This document shows positions 44,969 to 54,496 of a DNA stretch of 64,000 nucleotides, piece by piece. This stretch comes from Candidatus Bathyarchaeota archaeon (GTDB lineage Archaea; Thermoproteota; Bathyarchaeia; TCS64), in NCBI GenBank assembly GCA_018396865.1, contig JAGTRB010000003.1, positions 8,575 through 72,574 of the forward strand, in the 5' to 3' direction. A program made the position numbers and the translations under genes. Each line of letters starts with the position of its first letter. Position 1 is the stretch's first letter. The notes beneath the pieces are model-generated. The model saw only the letters and a program-made list of their open reading frames with translations. It did not search any database and had not been told where the DNA came from.

Positions 44969-45588
44969 AGAGACATATTAACTTAACTAACGAGAGAAGA
45001 TTATCCTTTCGCCGATTTACTTCCTCAATTTAGCCATCACAGCCCTCACAACCACCTCCCTAAAATGCTCCTTATGATAATTTGCAACGCCTACAACATC
45101 CACCCTTGCCATCTCAGGATCCTCAGTTTCAGCATCCAGATCCACAAATCACGGGAAAAAGAACTTTAGGTTCCCAACGGTTGGGAGGACTGATCCGCCT
45201 TGGAAAACAGGCTCATTTTAAAAACGGGGTGAGAATCAAGCCTCTTTCACCGTCCCAGTAGCTGGGAATGATGAGGATGAGGAGTTATATCTCCACCAAG
45301 AGGGAGCGGAGGCTCCTTCAAAAATACCTCAAAGGGGAACATGATAACGAGATAAGAAAGACACTCTATAACGTTCGACGCTAAAGGCTCATCCTCCTCA
45401 TGGATGATTTCAGTTCTTGCTTCACAGCTTATCTCGAATTTAATTACAATGAGAAATCCCAATAGAGGGAATTGAAAAGGATGATTAATGCGAAGGGCCT
45501 CTAGGGGAACTAGATCCATCATTAAGGCATGAAGGCTCCATGCGATAGCATGCGGTAAGTTCACGGATAGGAGTTGAGCAGATATGAT

Positions 45589-45704
45589 TGGTCCCGCCCC
45601 CCGGAGTTGAACCGGGAACCCTCCGGTGTCTGCTCAATGGCTGGATGCCTTCGCCCTTTGGGCGAAAACTACAGCCGGATGCTCTACCATTGAGCTAGGG
45701 CGGG
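45589..45704 (-). tRNA. tRNA-Tyr (anticodon GUA) with 41-nt intron after position 37, CCA encoded
   Basis: Hand fold: acceptor CCCGCCC/GGGCGGG (the C1:G72 pair typical of archaeal/eukaryal tRNA-Tyr), D-arm GCTC-AATGGTA-GAGC, anticodon stem TCCGG/CCGGA, loop CTGTAG|intron|A, T-arm CCCGG-TTCAACT-CCGGG. The intron contains hairpin TTCGCCC-AAA-GGGCGAA and a CAGCC complementary to the GGCTG spanning the end of the anticodon stem and the start of the loop. Confidence 0.9.
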
Positions 45705-45750
45705 CCGATCTAATGAGCTTATTGGATTATTATAAATTTTAGGTTTACTT

Positions 45751-47625
45751 TTAAATTCTTCCAGAGATGTGATACCTCTTCGTGTGGCTTGGGAAGTACT
45801 CCTTGTTTCCCGGGATGTATAGGGCGTTGGAGTATTCCTCTATGAACTCTACGTCGACCAGTAGGTCTATGTAGACCATCTTCTCAGCTATCTCCCTGGC
45901 CTTCTCCCTCATCTCCATCGACATAAGCGCGGCGTAGGCCCCAGCTAGGGAGCCGTTCCCTATGGGGTGCACCTCGGCGTTGGGGAGTTCCGGGAAGATC
46001 CCTATCCGCGTCGCGTTCTCAATATCTGCATAGTTTCCGAAGGCTCCGGCTAGGTAGAGATGCTTAACGTCATATATGCTCAGCTTCAGCTTCCTCATGA
46101 GGACCGTTATGGCCCCGCAGGCGGCCGCTTTGGAGTCCATTATGTAGTCGAGGTCCTGCTGGGTAATGACTATGTCTCTGCCTATGGCGGTCTCGTCGGC
46201 TGGGACGACGACATACTCCAGGCCGTATGGCCCTTCCCTCACGAGCGGGGTTCTCCTTGGAACAAGTTTCCCCACGAAGTCCAGGAGGCCAACGTCGTAG
46301 AGTGATGCTACTAGGTCTATTATGCCGGAGCCGCATATCCCCTTCGGCCTGGTTCCCCCTATAACCGAGATCTCCGCCCTATAGGTTTCGGGGTCTATCC
46401 TCACTCTCTCTATGCCCCCCTCCGCCCCCCTCATCCCATGTCTTATTCCTCCCCCCTCGAAGGCTGGCCCTGAGGCGCAGCTGCTAGAGAATAGCCAGCT
46501 ATTGTTACCGAATATGATCTCGCCGTTTGTCCCCAGGTCGACGAGGAGGGATATCTCATCGGAGTCGTACATGCCTGAGGCTAGGACATCCCCCACAGCA
46601 TCGCCCCCGAGGAATCTGCTCACGTTTGGGAGGCAGTAGAGATAGGCCTCTGGGTTCACCTTTAACCCTATCCCCCCAGCCTTCCTTATTATTGGGCTTC
46701 TTGAGACCTCCACGTTCGCCTCTTCGAGGTATGTGGGATCCAGCCCGTTTAAGAGGTGGTTCATCACCGTGTTCCCCCCCACGCAGATGTCATTTATCTC
46801 GGAGGGCTCTATCTCCGCCTCTGAGGCAAGTCTATCTATGACTATGTTTATCGTCTCGACAACCGCTTTCTGCAGCTTTATGAGACCCTCCCTCTCACCA
46901 GCCACCGCTATCCTGGTGACGAGCTCCTCACCATAGGTTATCTGCCTATTCATCTCTGAGGCTCTAGCGAGGATCCTTCCGGAGTTTAACTCTACCAGCT
47001 CCCCTACCACTGTGGTGGTTCCCACGTCGAGGGCTAGGCCATAGTTTGACCCTGTATCGTCTCCGGGTTTAAGGTTCACCACCTCTGGGAACCCCCCTGT
47101 CCATGTTAGGGTGGCGGTTATAATCCCCAAATCGGCCATCCCCCGAAGCCTACCGTACATCTCATCTGTGATCCTGGGCTGTGGGCCTCTGTAGCCATCG
47201 AGCTGGAGCCTATAGTGTTCGATTGGGAAGAGAGAGCTCTTCACCCTTTGGACCCTAGCCAGATACTTTCCGGAGCTTGGGTTGGGCTTGGGGATCCTGA
47301 GCTCTGCCTCCAGTAGGATCTTGGGCTTCTCGATCCGGCTCTCAACAGGTATCGTGAAGGTGGAGTCGCTGAGTATCCTAGTCATGCAGGCTAGGTGGTA
47401 TCCCTGTTCAAGCTCCCTCTCGGTGAGGAGCTTCATCTCAGGCTCTTCGGAGACCTTCTCTATGCTACCTCTTTCCAGTATGACTTTACACTTCCCGCAC
47501 TTCCCCTTCCCCCCACATATGCTCTCTATTCCGACTCCAGCGTCTCTCAGTACCTGGAGTAGTATGTCACCCTTCTCGGCTTCAAGCATCCTGTTCAGCG
47601 GCTTCACGAGTACTCTGACCTTCAA
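45751..47625 (-). CDS. 2Fe-2S ferredoxin domain fused to ASKHA ATPase (RACo-like corrinoid activation protein, DUF4445)
   Basis: N-terminal 'ESICGGKGKCGKCKV' plant-type ferredoxin Cys pattern. ASKHA phosphate loops 'LALDVGTTTVVG', 'LVDLGTNGEI'. 624 aa. Confidence 0.78.
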   Translation of the reverse strand: MKVRVLVKPLNRMLEAEKGDILLQVLRDAGVGIESICGGKGKCGKCKVILERGSIEKVSEEPEMKLLTERELEQGYHLACMTRILSDSTFTIPVESRIEKPKILLEAELRIPKPNPSSGKYLARVQRVKSSLFPIEHYRLQLDGYRGPQPRITDEMYGRLRGMADLGIITATLTWTGGFPEVVNLKPGDDTGSNYGLALDVGTTTVVGELVELNSGRILARASEMNRQITYGEELVTRIAVAGEREGLIKLQKAVVETINIVIDRLASEAEIEPSEINDICVGGNTVMNHLLNGLDPTYLEEANVEVSRSPIIRKAGGIGLKVNPEAYLYCLPNVSRFLGGDAVGDVLASGMYDSDEISLLVDLGTNGEIIFGNNSWLFSSSCASGPAFEGGGIRHGMRGAEGGIERVRIDPETYRAEISVIGGTRPKGICGSGIIDLVASLYDVGLLDFVGKLVPRRTPLVREGPYGLEYVVVPADETAIGRDIVITQQDLDYIMDSKAAACGAITVLMRKLKLSIYDVKHLYLAGAFGNYADIENATRIGIFPELPNAEVHPIGNGSLAGAYAALMSMEMREKAREIAEKMVYIDLLVDVEFIEEYSNALYIPGNKEYFPSHTKRYHISGRI

Positions 47626-47675
47626 GCCCTCAACTCAAGGAGGATCTAAGGTTAAAAAGGTTAGTGGGCTCCACC

Positions 47676-48761
47676 CTAACTCCTCAATCCTAGGAATCTT
47701 GGTATCGTCTCCGAGTATGGGGGCCTCAATATCCCGGATTCTGTTATGAAACCCGTCACATATCTTGCAGGGGTTATATCGAAGGAGGGATTTCTAACAG
47801 GGGTATCCCTCCCCATTATTAGGACCCGTGATAGCTCCCCCGACTCGTTCAACCCGTAGACATACCTCACCTCCTCTTCACTCCTCTCCTCCACCTCTAT
47901 TTGCTCTCCACTGATGCAGTTCGGGTCGAAGGTCATCTTCGGGGCCGCGACGTAGAAGGGGATCCCATTCTCCGCGGCTAAAACTGCCTTCTCATAGGTC
48001 CCTATCTTGTTGGCGAGGTCCCCATTGACGGCCACACGGTCGGCTCCAACTATGACCATGTCCACCTCACCCCTCCTCATATAATAACCGGCAGCGTTAT
48101 CCACCATGACAATGTGGGGGATGCCTTCCTGTTCAAGCTCCCAAGCTGTGAGCATCGCCCCCTGGAGCCTCGGCCTTGTCTCATCGACCAGGACCAGTAT
48201 CCTCTTCCCCTGCCTATAGGCGAACCTTATGGGGCTCAGGGCGGTCCCATAGTCTATGAAGGCCAGGGCTCCCGCGTTGCAGTGGGTCAGTATCTTCATC
48301 CCATCCTTGATGAGGAGGCTGCCGAACTCGCCTATCCTCCTAGAGGCCTCAAGGTCCTCCTCGGCTATGGCATCTGCCTCAGAGACCACCCTCACCACTG
48401 GGTTCTCGGCCTCCCCAGCCGCCCCGAGGCACCTATCAACGGCGTGGAATAGGTTCACAGCTGTTGGCCTTGTGCTCCTAAATAGGGCGGCGGCCGACTC
48501 CAGATAGGGTTTAATATCCCCTTTTGGAAGCCCCTCAGCCTCTAGGGCTGCTTGGGCCATGCCGTAGGCTGCAGCCACACCTATGGCCCCAGCGCCTCTG
48601 ACGACCATCCTCCTTATTGCCTCCGCCGTCTCCTCATGCCTCCATGTGGAGGTTATCTCGAACCTGTGGGGGAGCTTCCTCTGGTCGATCATGTGGATCC
48701 TCCTCCCCTCCCTCCAGATGGTCCTGAACTCCTTTACCTCCCCTCCCACCTTGACCCTCAT
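47676..48761 (-). CDS. mtnA: Methylthioribose-1-phosphate isomerase (eIF-2B alpha/beta/delta family)
   Basis: 'IDQRKLPH', 'MVVRGAGAIGVAAAYG', 'ILTHCNAGALA', 'VDETRPRLQG', 'VIVGADRVAVNGDLANKIGTY'. Confidence 0.85.
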   Translation of the reverse strand: MRVKVGGEVKEFRTIWREGRRIHMIDQRKLPHRFEITSTWRHEETAEAIRRMVVRGAGAIGVAAAYGMAQAALEAEGLPKGDIKPYLESAAALFRSTRPTAVNLFHAVDRCLGAAGEAENPVVRVVSEADAIAEEDLEASRRIGEFGSLLIKDGMKILTHCNAGALAFIDYGTALSPIRFAYRQGKRILVLVDETRPRLQGAMLTAWELEQEGIPHIVMVDNAAGYYMRRGEVDMVIVGADRVAVNGDLANKIGTYEKAVLAAENGIPFYVAAPKMTFDPNCISGEQIEVEERSEEEVRYVYGLNESGELSRVLIMGRDTPVRNPSFDITPARYVTGFITESGILRPPYSETIPRFLGLRS

Positions 48762-48892
48762 CCTCTTTTCCCCAAACTTTACTCCTAACTCTCTGAGGGT
48801 TTAAAGGCCTGTGGCCCCTTGCCCTCCCACCCTAGGTTACTCTCAGAGGGTGAGGGGATAAATCTATAGAGGACCGTTAACCCTAACCTTTA

Positions 48893-49444
48893 TTGGAAGC
48901 CTTGAGTCCACCCCTCGATGATATATGCTTTGCTTATGAGAACAGCACTGTAAGGCTGATAGCGACGAGGGATATCCCCAGAATTGAGACTGCTGGGCTG
49001 GTGATAGAGGAGACGGCGGCGAACAGTGAGTTGAGGGTTAACCTATGGGTGGCCTGGGAGCTTGTGGAGGCAGGCCTAGCCCGCTTCACGGATGGAGGCA
49101 TAAGATCGGATGAGCTGATCCAAGCCCATTATCGTGAGCGCCTCCAGCCCCTAGGGCAGCTCTCCACCCTGCCCGACAGATTTTACGCTCAAGCATATAT
49201 CACCTTCAACCAGCTGGCTAAGGAGGCAAAGGGGGAGGAGGCCCGCCTGGCACACCTAAACAGGATGAGGGGGATGTTCAGGGATATACTTGAGAGCAGG
49301 ATAAACAAGATCGTTAGACTCGCCTCCTCAGAGGTAGCCTCCCCCCCAAAGGAGCTCCAGTCCGAGGAGGCTCAGCTCTTTAGGGAGCTGAATGTAAAGA
49401 TCTCAGCCTGGAGGAGGATGCTGAGGAGGGTGGGGGAGAGGTGA
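48893..49444 (+). CDS. GINS-like replication protein (Gins23-like position upstream of mcm)
   Basis: 'LRVNLWVAWELVEAGLARF' resembles the GINS 'LPLWLA..L...G.A' motif. The stop overlaps the mcm start (GTGA at 49441-49444). TTG start. Confidence 0.6.
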   Translation: MEALSPPLDDICFAYENSTVRLIATRDIPRIETAGLVIEETAANSELRVNLWVAWELVEAGLARFTDGGIRSDELIQAHYRERLQPLGQLSTLPDRFYAQAYITFNQLAKEAKGEEARLAHLNRMRGMFRDILESRINKIVRLASSEVASPPKELQSEEAQLFRELNVKISAWRRMLRRVGER

Positions 49445-51507
49445 GGACAGAGGCATTACAGGCCCAGCCCGAGGAGGCCTTTAAGGGGTTCATAGAAGGG
49501 TTCAGGGACGCTGAGGGGAGGCTGAAGTACGAGCAGGCCATCTCGGAGATGGCGGTGAGGGGGCTAAAATCCCTAATAGTCGAGTTCCAGGACCTATACA
49601 CCTTCGACTCCCCCTTCGCCAATAGCATACTAGAGAACCCCGAAGGCTACCTCCCCAGCCTCGAAGCCGCAGCCTTCTCCAAGCTCAGGATGAGGGACCC
49701 CGAGTACGCGAACAGGATTGGAGGCCTCCACGTCAGGATAAGGGGCCTCCCAGTCGAGACCCCCCTCCGCAGGATAGGGGCTGACTGCATAGGGAGGCTT
49801 GTGATGGTCAGCGGCATCATAGTCAGGGCGACAACGGTCACCCCGATCCTCATCAAGGCCGTATTCAGGTGCAACTCCTGCGGTGAGCTGAACCACGTCG
49901 AGCAGCCCTCCTCCTCAAGCCAGTATATGAGGATGCCCCAGAAATGCGTTCACTGCGGGAGCCGAAGGGGGTTCGAGCTCGAGGCGAGGGAGTCCATCTT
50001 CATAGATTCCCAGAGGATAACCCTCCAGGAGAAGCCTGAGGAGCTTCCCCCGGGGCAGCTCCCTAGGTCCCTGAACATAAGCCTCCTAGATGACCTGGTA
50101 GACGTGGCTAGGCCTGGGGATAGGGTTCAGGTGACCGGGACCATTGAGCTTCTCCCTAGGCAGGGTAGGGGTGGCCCCCTCCGCTCCTTCGACTTTCATC
50201 TGAAGGCGAACAGCGTCGATGTGATCGGGAGAGAGCTGGAGATGCTGGAGATAACCCCAGAGGACGAGTCTAGGATCAAGGAGCTTGCATCAGACCCATG
50301 GATCCACAGGAAGATACTCCAATCCATAGCTCCCTCGATCCACGGCTACGAGACCGTGAAGGAGGCGATCATGTACCTTCTATTTGGAGGGGTCCCAAAG
50401 GAGCTTCCGGACATAAGGATAAGGGGCGACATAAACGTCCTCTTGATCGGGGATCCCGGCACTGGGAAGAGCCAGATGCTTCAGTACGCGGCGAGGATCG
50501 CCCCTAGGGGTCTCTACACGACGGGGAGGGGCTCCACAGCGGCGGGCCTAACAGCGGCGGTTGTGAGGGAAGGAGGAACTGGAAGCTTCATCCTCGAGGC
50601 AGGAGCCCTGGTTCTAGGGGACATAGGGATCTGCTGCATAGATGAGATGGACAAGATGAGGGAGGAGGACAGGAGCGCCATCCACCCAGCGATGGAGCAG
50701 CAGGTGGTCTCCATAGCTAAGGGGGGGATAGTGGCAACACTTAACGCGAGGACCTCGATCTTAGCAGCGGCTAACCCAGCCCTTGGACGCTATAACCCGT
50801 ATCAGACCGTCGCACAGAACATCAACCTCCCAGTGACCATTCTGAGCAGGTTCGACCTGATATTCATACTCCAGGACAAGCCTGAAGCGGACAGGGACTC
50901 GAGGATGGCTGAGCACATACTGGACCTCCACAGGTCCGCCGGAAACCCGAGGGTAGCCCCCATAGATCAGGAGACCCTCAAGAAGTACATAAGCTACTCA
51001 AAGAGGATAAGGCCAGTCCTGACGGATGAGGCCTCCAGACGCCTGAGGGACTTCTATGTCAAGATGAGGGCAGCCTCCACCGAGGGAGGCGAGGCCTCGG
51101 CGATAAGCATAACCCCCAGGCAGCTTGAATCCCTGATAAGGCTGGCTGAGGCTAGGGCCAGGGTACACCTGAGGAGTGAGGTGACCACGGAGGACGCCGA
51201 GGCCGTCATAGCCCTAATGCAGAGAAGCCTAGAGCAGGTAGGAATAGACCTGACCACGGGTAGGATAGACATAGACATAATATACACCGGTAAGCCCAGG
51301 AGCCTACAGGTTCAGCTCCAGAGGGTTCTGAGCCTCATAGCCGATATGGAGAGATCGGCCGGTATGGTGAGGGATGAGGACCTATATAACGCCCTTCAGG
51401 AGGAGCACCAGATAGGAAGGGCTGAGGCCGCTAAGCTGATAGGGATCCTGATGAGGGACGGAACGATATACTCCCCCAGGCCAGGATTCTACAAGAGAAC
51501 GGCCTAG
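49441..51507 (+). CDS. mcm: MCM replicative helicase
   Basis: Zn finger 'CNSCG...CVHCGS', Walker A 'GDPGTGKSQ', Walker B 'CCIDEMDKM', arginine finger 'SRFDLIF', C-terminal wHTH. No intein (688 aa). Confidence 0.97.
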   Translation: MRTEALQAQPEEAFKGFIEGFRDAEGRLKYEQAISEMAVRGLKSLIVEFQDLYTFDSPFANSILENPEGYLPSLEAAAFSKLRMRDPEYANRIGGLHVRIRGLPVETPLRRIGADCIGRLVMVSGIIVRATTVTPILIKAVFRCNSCGELNHVEQPSSSSQYMRMPQKCVHCGSRRGFELEARESIFIDSQRITLQEKPEELPPGQLPRSLNISLLDDLVDVARPGDRVQVTGTIELLPRQGRGGPLRSFDFHLKANSVDVIGRELEMLEITPEDESRIKELASDPWIHRKILQSIAPSIHGYETVKEAIMYLLFGGVPKELPDIRIRGDINVLLIGDPGTGKSQMLQYAARIAPRGLYTTGRGSTAAGLTAAVVREGGTGSFILEAGALVLGDIGICCIDEMDKMREEDRSAIHPAMEQQVVSIAKGGIVATLNARTSILAAANPALGRYNPYQTVAQNINLPVTILSRFDLIFILQDKPEADRDSRMAEHILDLHRSAGNPRVAPIDQETLKKYISYSKRIRPVLTDEASRRLRDFYVKMRAASTEGGEASAISITPRQLESLIRLAEARARVHLRSEVTTEDAEAVIALMQRSLEQVGIDLTTGRIDIDIIYTGKPRSLQVQLQRVLSLIADMERSAGMVRDEDLYNALQEEHQIGRAEAAKLIGILMRDGTIYSPRPGFYKRTA

Positions 51508-51563
51508 CTCACTGGAATAAAAACTAGAATGAAGGGGTGTGAGGCCTCGGGGTTTTAGGTATT

Positions 51564-52136
51564 TTAACGCCTCCTGGGCTTGGTTATTATCTCCTGAACC
51601 CTTAGGTCGAAGATGTCGCTTAGATGAGCTGGCTTTATGACCACGGCGGTGTCAGCGCCCCGACCGGTTCCGGCTATGGCTATGACCTCTTTATCCATCG
51701 GGATGAGGCCGGCATCCGCGGCCATCGCCGTGATCTCGACACAGACCTTCATACCCTCACAGAAGAGCCTTAAGGTATTAGCCATGAGCTCGGCCGGCCC
51801 CAAGGTGTTGAACTTCTTCCTTATAGCCCTGCTCACACCTGCGAAGGCATGGCTCGCTGTAAGGATCTTGCCTCCCCCCCTCCTTATCCTCTCGGCCGCC
51901 TCCTCCTCAAGCTCCAGCTTTCCGGGCTCCCTGAACCCTGCTGAGTGGGTGACCACCACGACGTTGAAACCCTTGAATGTCTCCACCGCTTTTACCCCAG
52001 TGGAGCCCCGGGTGGACGCCACAACGATGTCCCTTATCCCGAGCTCCTCAGCCCTCCTCTTGGCAGCCTCCAGAGTCTGAGCTGTGTTGTTCTCCCCAGC
52101 CTCGAGGAAATAGGTTATGGATTTAACCTCAGACAT
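51564..52136 (-). CDS. Pyruvate-kinase C-terminal (alpha/beta) domain-like protein
   Basis: 'IVVASTRGSTGVKAVE', 'VVVVTHSAG', 'VIAIAGTGRGADTAVVIKPA'. Pattern recalled from stand-alone PK_C-like archaeal proteins, so confidence is moderate. Confidence 0.5.
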   Translation of the reverse strand: MSEVKSITYFLEAGENNTAQTLEAAKRRAEELGIRDIVVASTRGSTGVKAVETFKGFNVVVVTHSAGFREPGKLELEEEAAERIRRGGGKILTASHAFAGVSRAIRKKFNTLGPAELMANTLRLFCEGMKVCVEITAMAADAGLIPMDKEVIAIAGTGRGADTAVVIKPAHLSDIFDLRVQEIITKPRRR

Positions 52137-52208
52137 AAAACCACCTTAGACTGAAGTGAAGTCTCACAATTATTAATATTTCCATCTCTCTAGATTCTGA
52201 GGGGCTCA

Positions 52209-54476
52209 TTGAGGATCGCCGAGCTCGAGATACCAGACCAGGTCAAGGAGGTTCTCTCGAAGAAGGGGTACGTGGAGCTCTACCCAACTCAGGAGGATGC
52301 CATCAGGAGGGGGGTTCTCGATGGAAAGAGCCTGGTAATGGCGAGCCCAACCGCGAGCGGTAAAACCCTCATCGCCGAGCTCTGCGCCCTTAAACACGTC
52401 CTCGAGAGGGGTGGAAAGGCCCTCTATCTAACCCCCCTAAGAGCCCTGGCCTGGGAGAAATATGAGACCTTCCAAGCCTACTCCGGAATAGAGAAGAGGG
52501 GTGGAGGGGTTGTAAAGGTCGGGATAAGCACCGGAGACTACGACAGCTCCACCCCATGGCTTGAGAACTACGACATCATAATAACCACCAATGAGAAGTG
52601 CGACTCCCTCCTACGCCACAAGGCTCCCTGGCTGAGATTGGTCACCCTAGTAATAGCCGACGAGGTCCACCTCATAGGGGACGAGAGGGGCCCAACCCTG
52701 GAGGTGACCCTCGCCAGGCTAAGGCAGATGAGGCCCGACATCCAGATAATCGCATTAAGCGCCACCATCAGGAACACGGAGGACGTAGCCGAGTGGTTGA
52801 AGGCCGAGGCTGTAACCACCGAGTGGAGGCCGGTCGAGCTCAAGGAGGGCGTGTTATACAGGGATGCTATAACCTTCAGGGATGGGAGCCTGAAGAGCCT
52901 TAAGAGGCTCCATAGGGTGGACGCCCTAAACATGGCCCTAAACACCGTTATGGAGGGAGACCAGGCCCTGATATTCGTTGAGAGCAGGTTGAGGTCAATG
53001 AGCATGGCTAGGGAGGCTGCCAACGCCTTGGAAGGGATGGAGGGGGTCCTCCAACAGAGGTTGAGGAGAGAGCTCGAGAAGATCTCAGATGAGATCCTAT
53101 CCTACGGGGAGAGGACTCGGCTCTCGGACGAACTGGCTTCATATATCCTAAGGGGGGCGGCCTTCCACCACGCCGGGCTTAGGGCGGAGCATAGGAGGAT
53201 AGTTGAGGACTCCTTCAGGTCTGGAAAGATAAAGATCCTCGTCGCCACCCCCACCCTCGCCGCCGGGGTCAACCTGCCCGCCAAGGCGGTTATCATAGGG
53301 AGCTATCACAGGTTCACCCCTGGATATGGGATGACCCGAATCTCCGTCCTGGAGTATAAACAGATGAGCGGGAGGGCTGGGAGGCCCCAGTACGACGCCT
53401 ATGGAGAGGCCACCCTAATAGCCTCCTCCCAGGATGAGGCCGAGGAGCTGATGGAGTCCTACATCCTCTCAAAGCCAGAGCCCCTATACAGCAGGCTCGC
53501 CTCAGAGTCAGCCCTGAGAAGCCACACCCTCGCCGCTATAGCCTCAGACTATGCCCACACCGAACATGGACTCCTCGACTTCTTCGGCAACACCTTCTAC
53601 GGATATCACTACGGCCCCCTGGGCATAAGAGGCCTAATCACATCTATGTTGCTATACCTGGAGAGGGAGGGGATGATCCAGAGAAAGGGGGATTACATAT
53701 ACGCATCCGACTTTGGGAGGAGGGTCTCGGAACTCTACATAGACCCCCTATCCGCCGTGATCATCAGGGATGGGTTGAGGCTTGGGGCGAAGATGATCAC
53801 CGATTTCACATGGTTACACCTCATCTGCAGAACCCCCGACATGCGCCCCCTCCTCAGGCCAAAGAGGCGTGAATATGAGGAGGTCGAATCCTTCGTCACG
53901 GAGCATGAGGACGAGTTTGCCTGTGAGGTTCCAGACTACGACGACATGATAGAGTTCGAACAGTTTTTGGGAGAAGTGAAGACGGCCATCGTCCTCAAAG
54001 CGTGGATAGATGAGGCCTCCGAGAACGATCTCCTCGAGAGGTTCTCAGTTGAGCCCGGGGACAGGTACAGCGCCATCCTAAACGCGGAGTGGCTCCTCTA
54101 CGCCTCCCACGAGCTGGCAAGGGTTCTGGGAATCTCAAGCTACACCAGGCATCTATCACAGCTCACCGAGAGGGTTAAACACGGGGTCAAGGCTGAACTC
54201 CTTCCACTGGTCAAGCTCAGGGGTATAGGCAGGGTTAGGGCCAGGATGCTCCACGACGCTGGCTTCAGGACCATAGAGAGCCTGAGAAGGGCGCCTCTCA
54301 CCAGGCTCGCCGGTGTCCCGCTTATAGGGGGTAAGCTCGCCAGGCTGATAAAGGAGCAGGTTGGAGGGGTTGTGGAAGAGGAGGAGTGGAGACAACTAGA
54401 GGAGCTTGAGGCGGAGCAGAAGGCCCTGACAACCTTTATCGAAGAGGAGCCGGAAGAGGATAAAGAGATAAATTAA
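52209..54476 (+). CDS. hel308: Hel308/Hjm (Ski2-like) DNA helicase
   Basis: 'LYPTQEDAI', Walker A 'ASPTASGKT', 'ADEVHLIG' (DEVH), 'SAT', 'HHAGL', 'TPTLAAGVNLPA', 'QMSGRAGRP', C-terminal HhH 'LRGIGRVRARML'. Confidence 0.93.
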   Translation: MRIAELEIPDQVKEVLSKKGYVELYPTQEDAIRRGVLDGKSLVMASPTASGKTLIAELCALKHVLERGGKALYLTPLRALAWEKYETFQAYSGIEKRGGGVVKVGISTGDYDSSTPWLENYDIIITTNEKCDSLLRHKAPWLRLVTLVIADEVHLIGDERGPTLEVTLARLRQMRPDIQIIALSATIRNTEDVAEWLKAEAVTTEWRPVELKEGVLYRDAITFRDGSLKSLKRLHRVDALNMALNTVMEGDQALIFVESRLRSMSMAREAANALEGMEGVLQQRLRRELEKISDEILSYGERTRLSDELASYILRGAAFHHAGLRAEHRRIVEDSFRSGKIKILVATPTLAAGVNLPAKAVIIGSYHRFTPGYGMTRISVLEYKQMSGRAGRPQYDAYGEATLIASSQDEAEELMESYILSKPEPLYSRLASESALRSHTLAAIASDYAHTEHGLLDFFGNTFYGYHYGPLGIRGLITSMLLYLEREGMIQRKGDYIYASDFGRRVSELYIDPLSAVIIRDGLRLGAKMITDFTWLHLICRTPDMRPLLRPKRREYEEVESFVTEHEDEFACEVPDYDDMIEFEQFLGEVKTAIVLKAWIDEASENDLLERFSVEPGDRYSAILNAEWLLYASHELARVLGISSYTRHLSQLTERVKHGVKAELLPLVKLRGIGRVRARMLHDAGFRTIESLRRAPLTRLAGVPLIGGKLARLIKEQVGGVVEEEEWRQLEELEAEQKALTTFIEEEPEEDKEIN

Positions 54477-54496
54477 AGAGCCAGCTATATCCTAGG

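Noticed and set aside
45247-45564. 105-aa minus-strand ORF in the spacer next to tRNA-Tyr
   Set aside because: It has no motifs and odd composition. It lies in a region where the opposite strand shows stop-interrupted protein-like sequence. More likely non-coding or decayed DNA than a gene.
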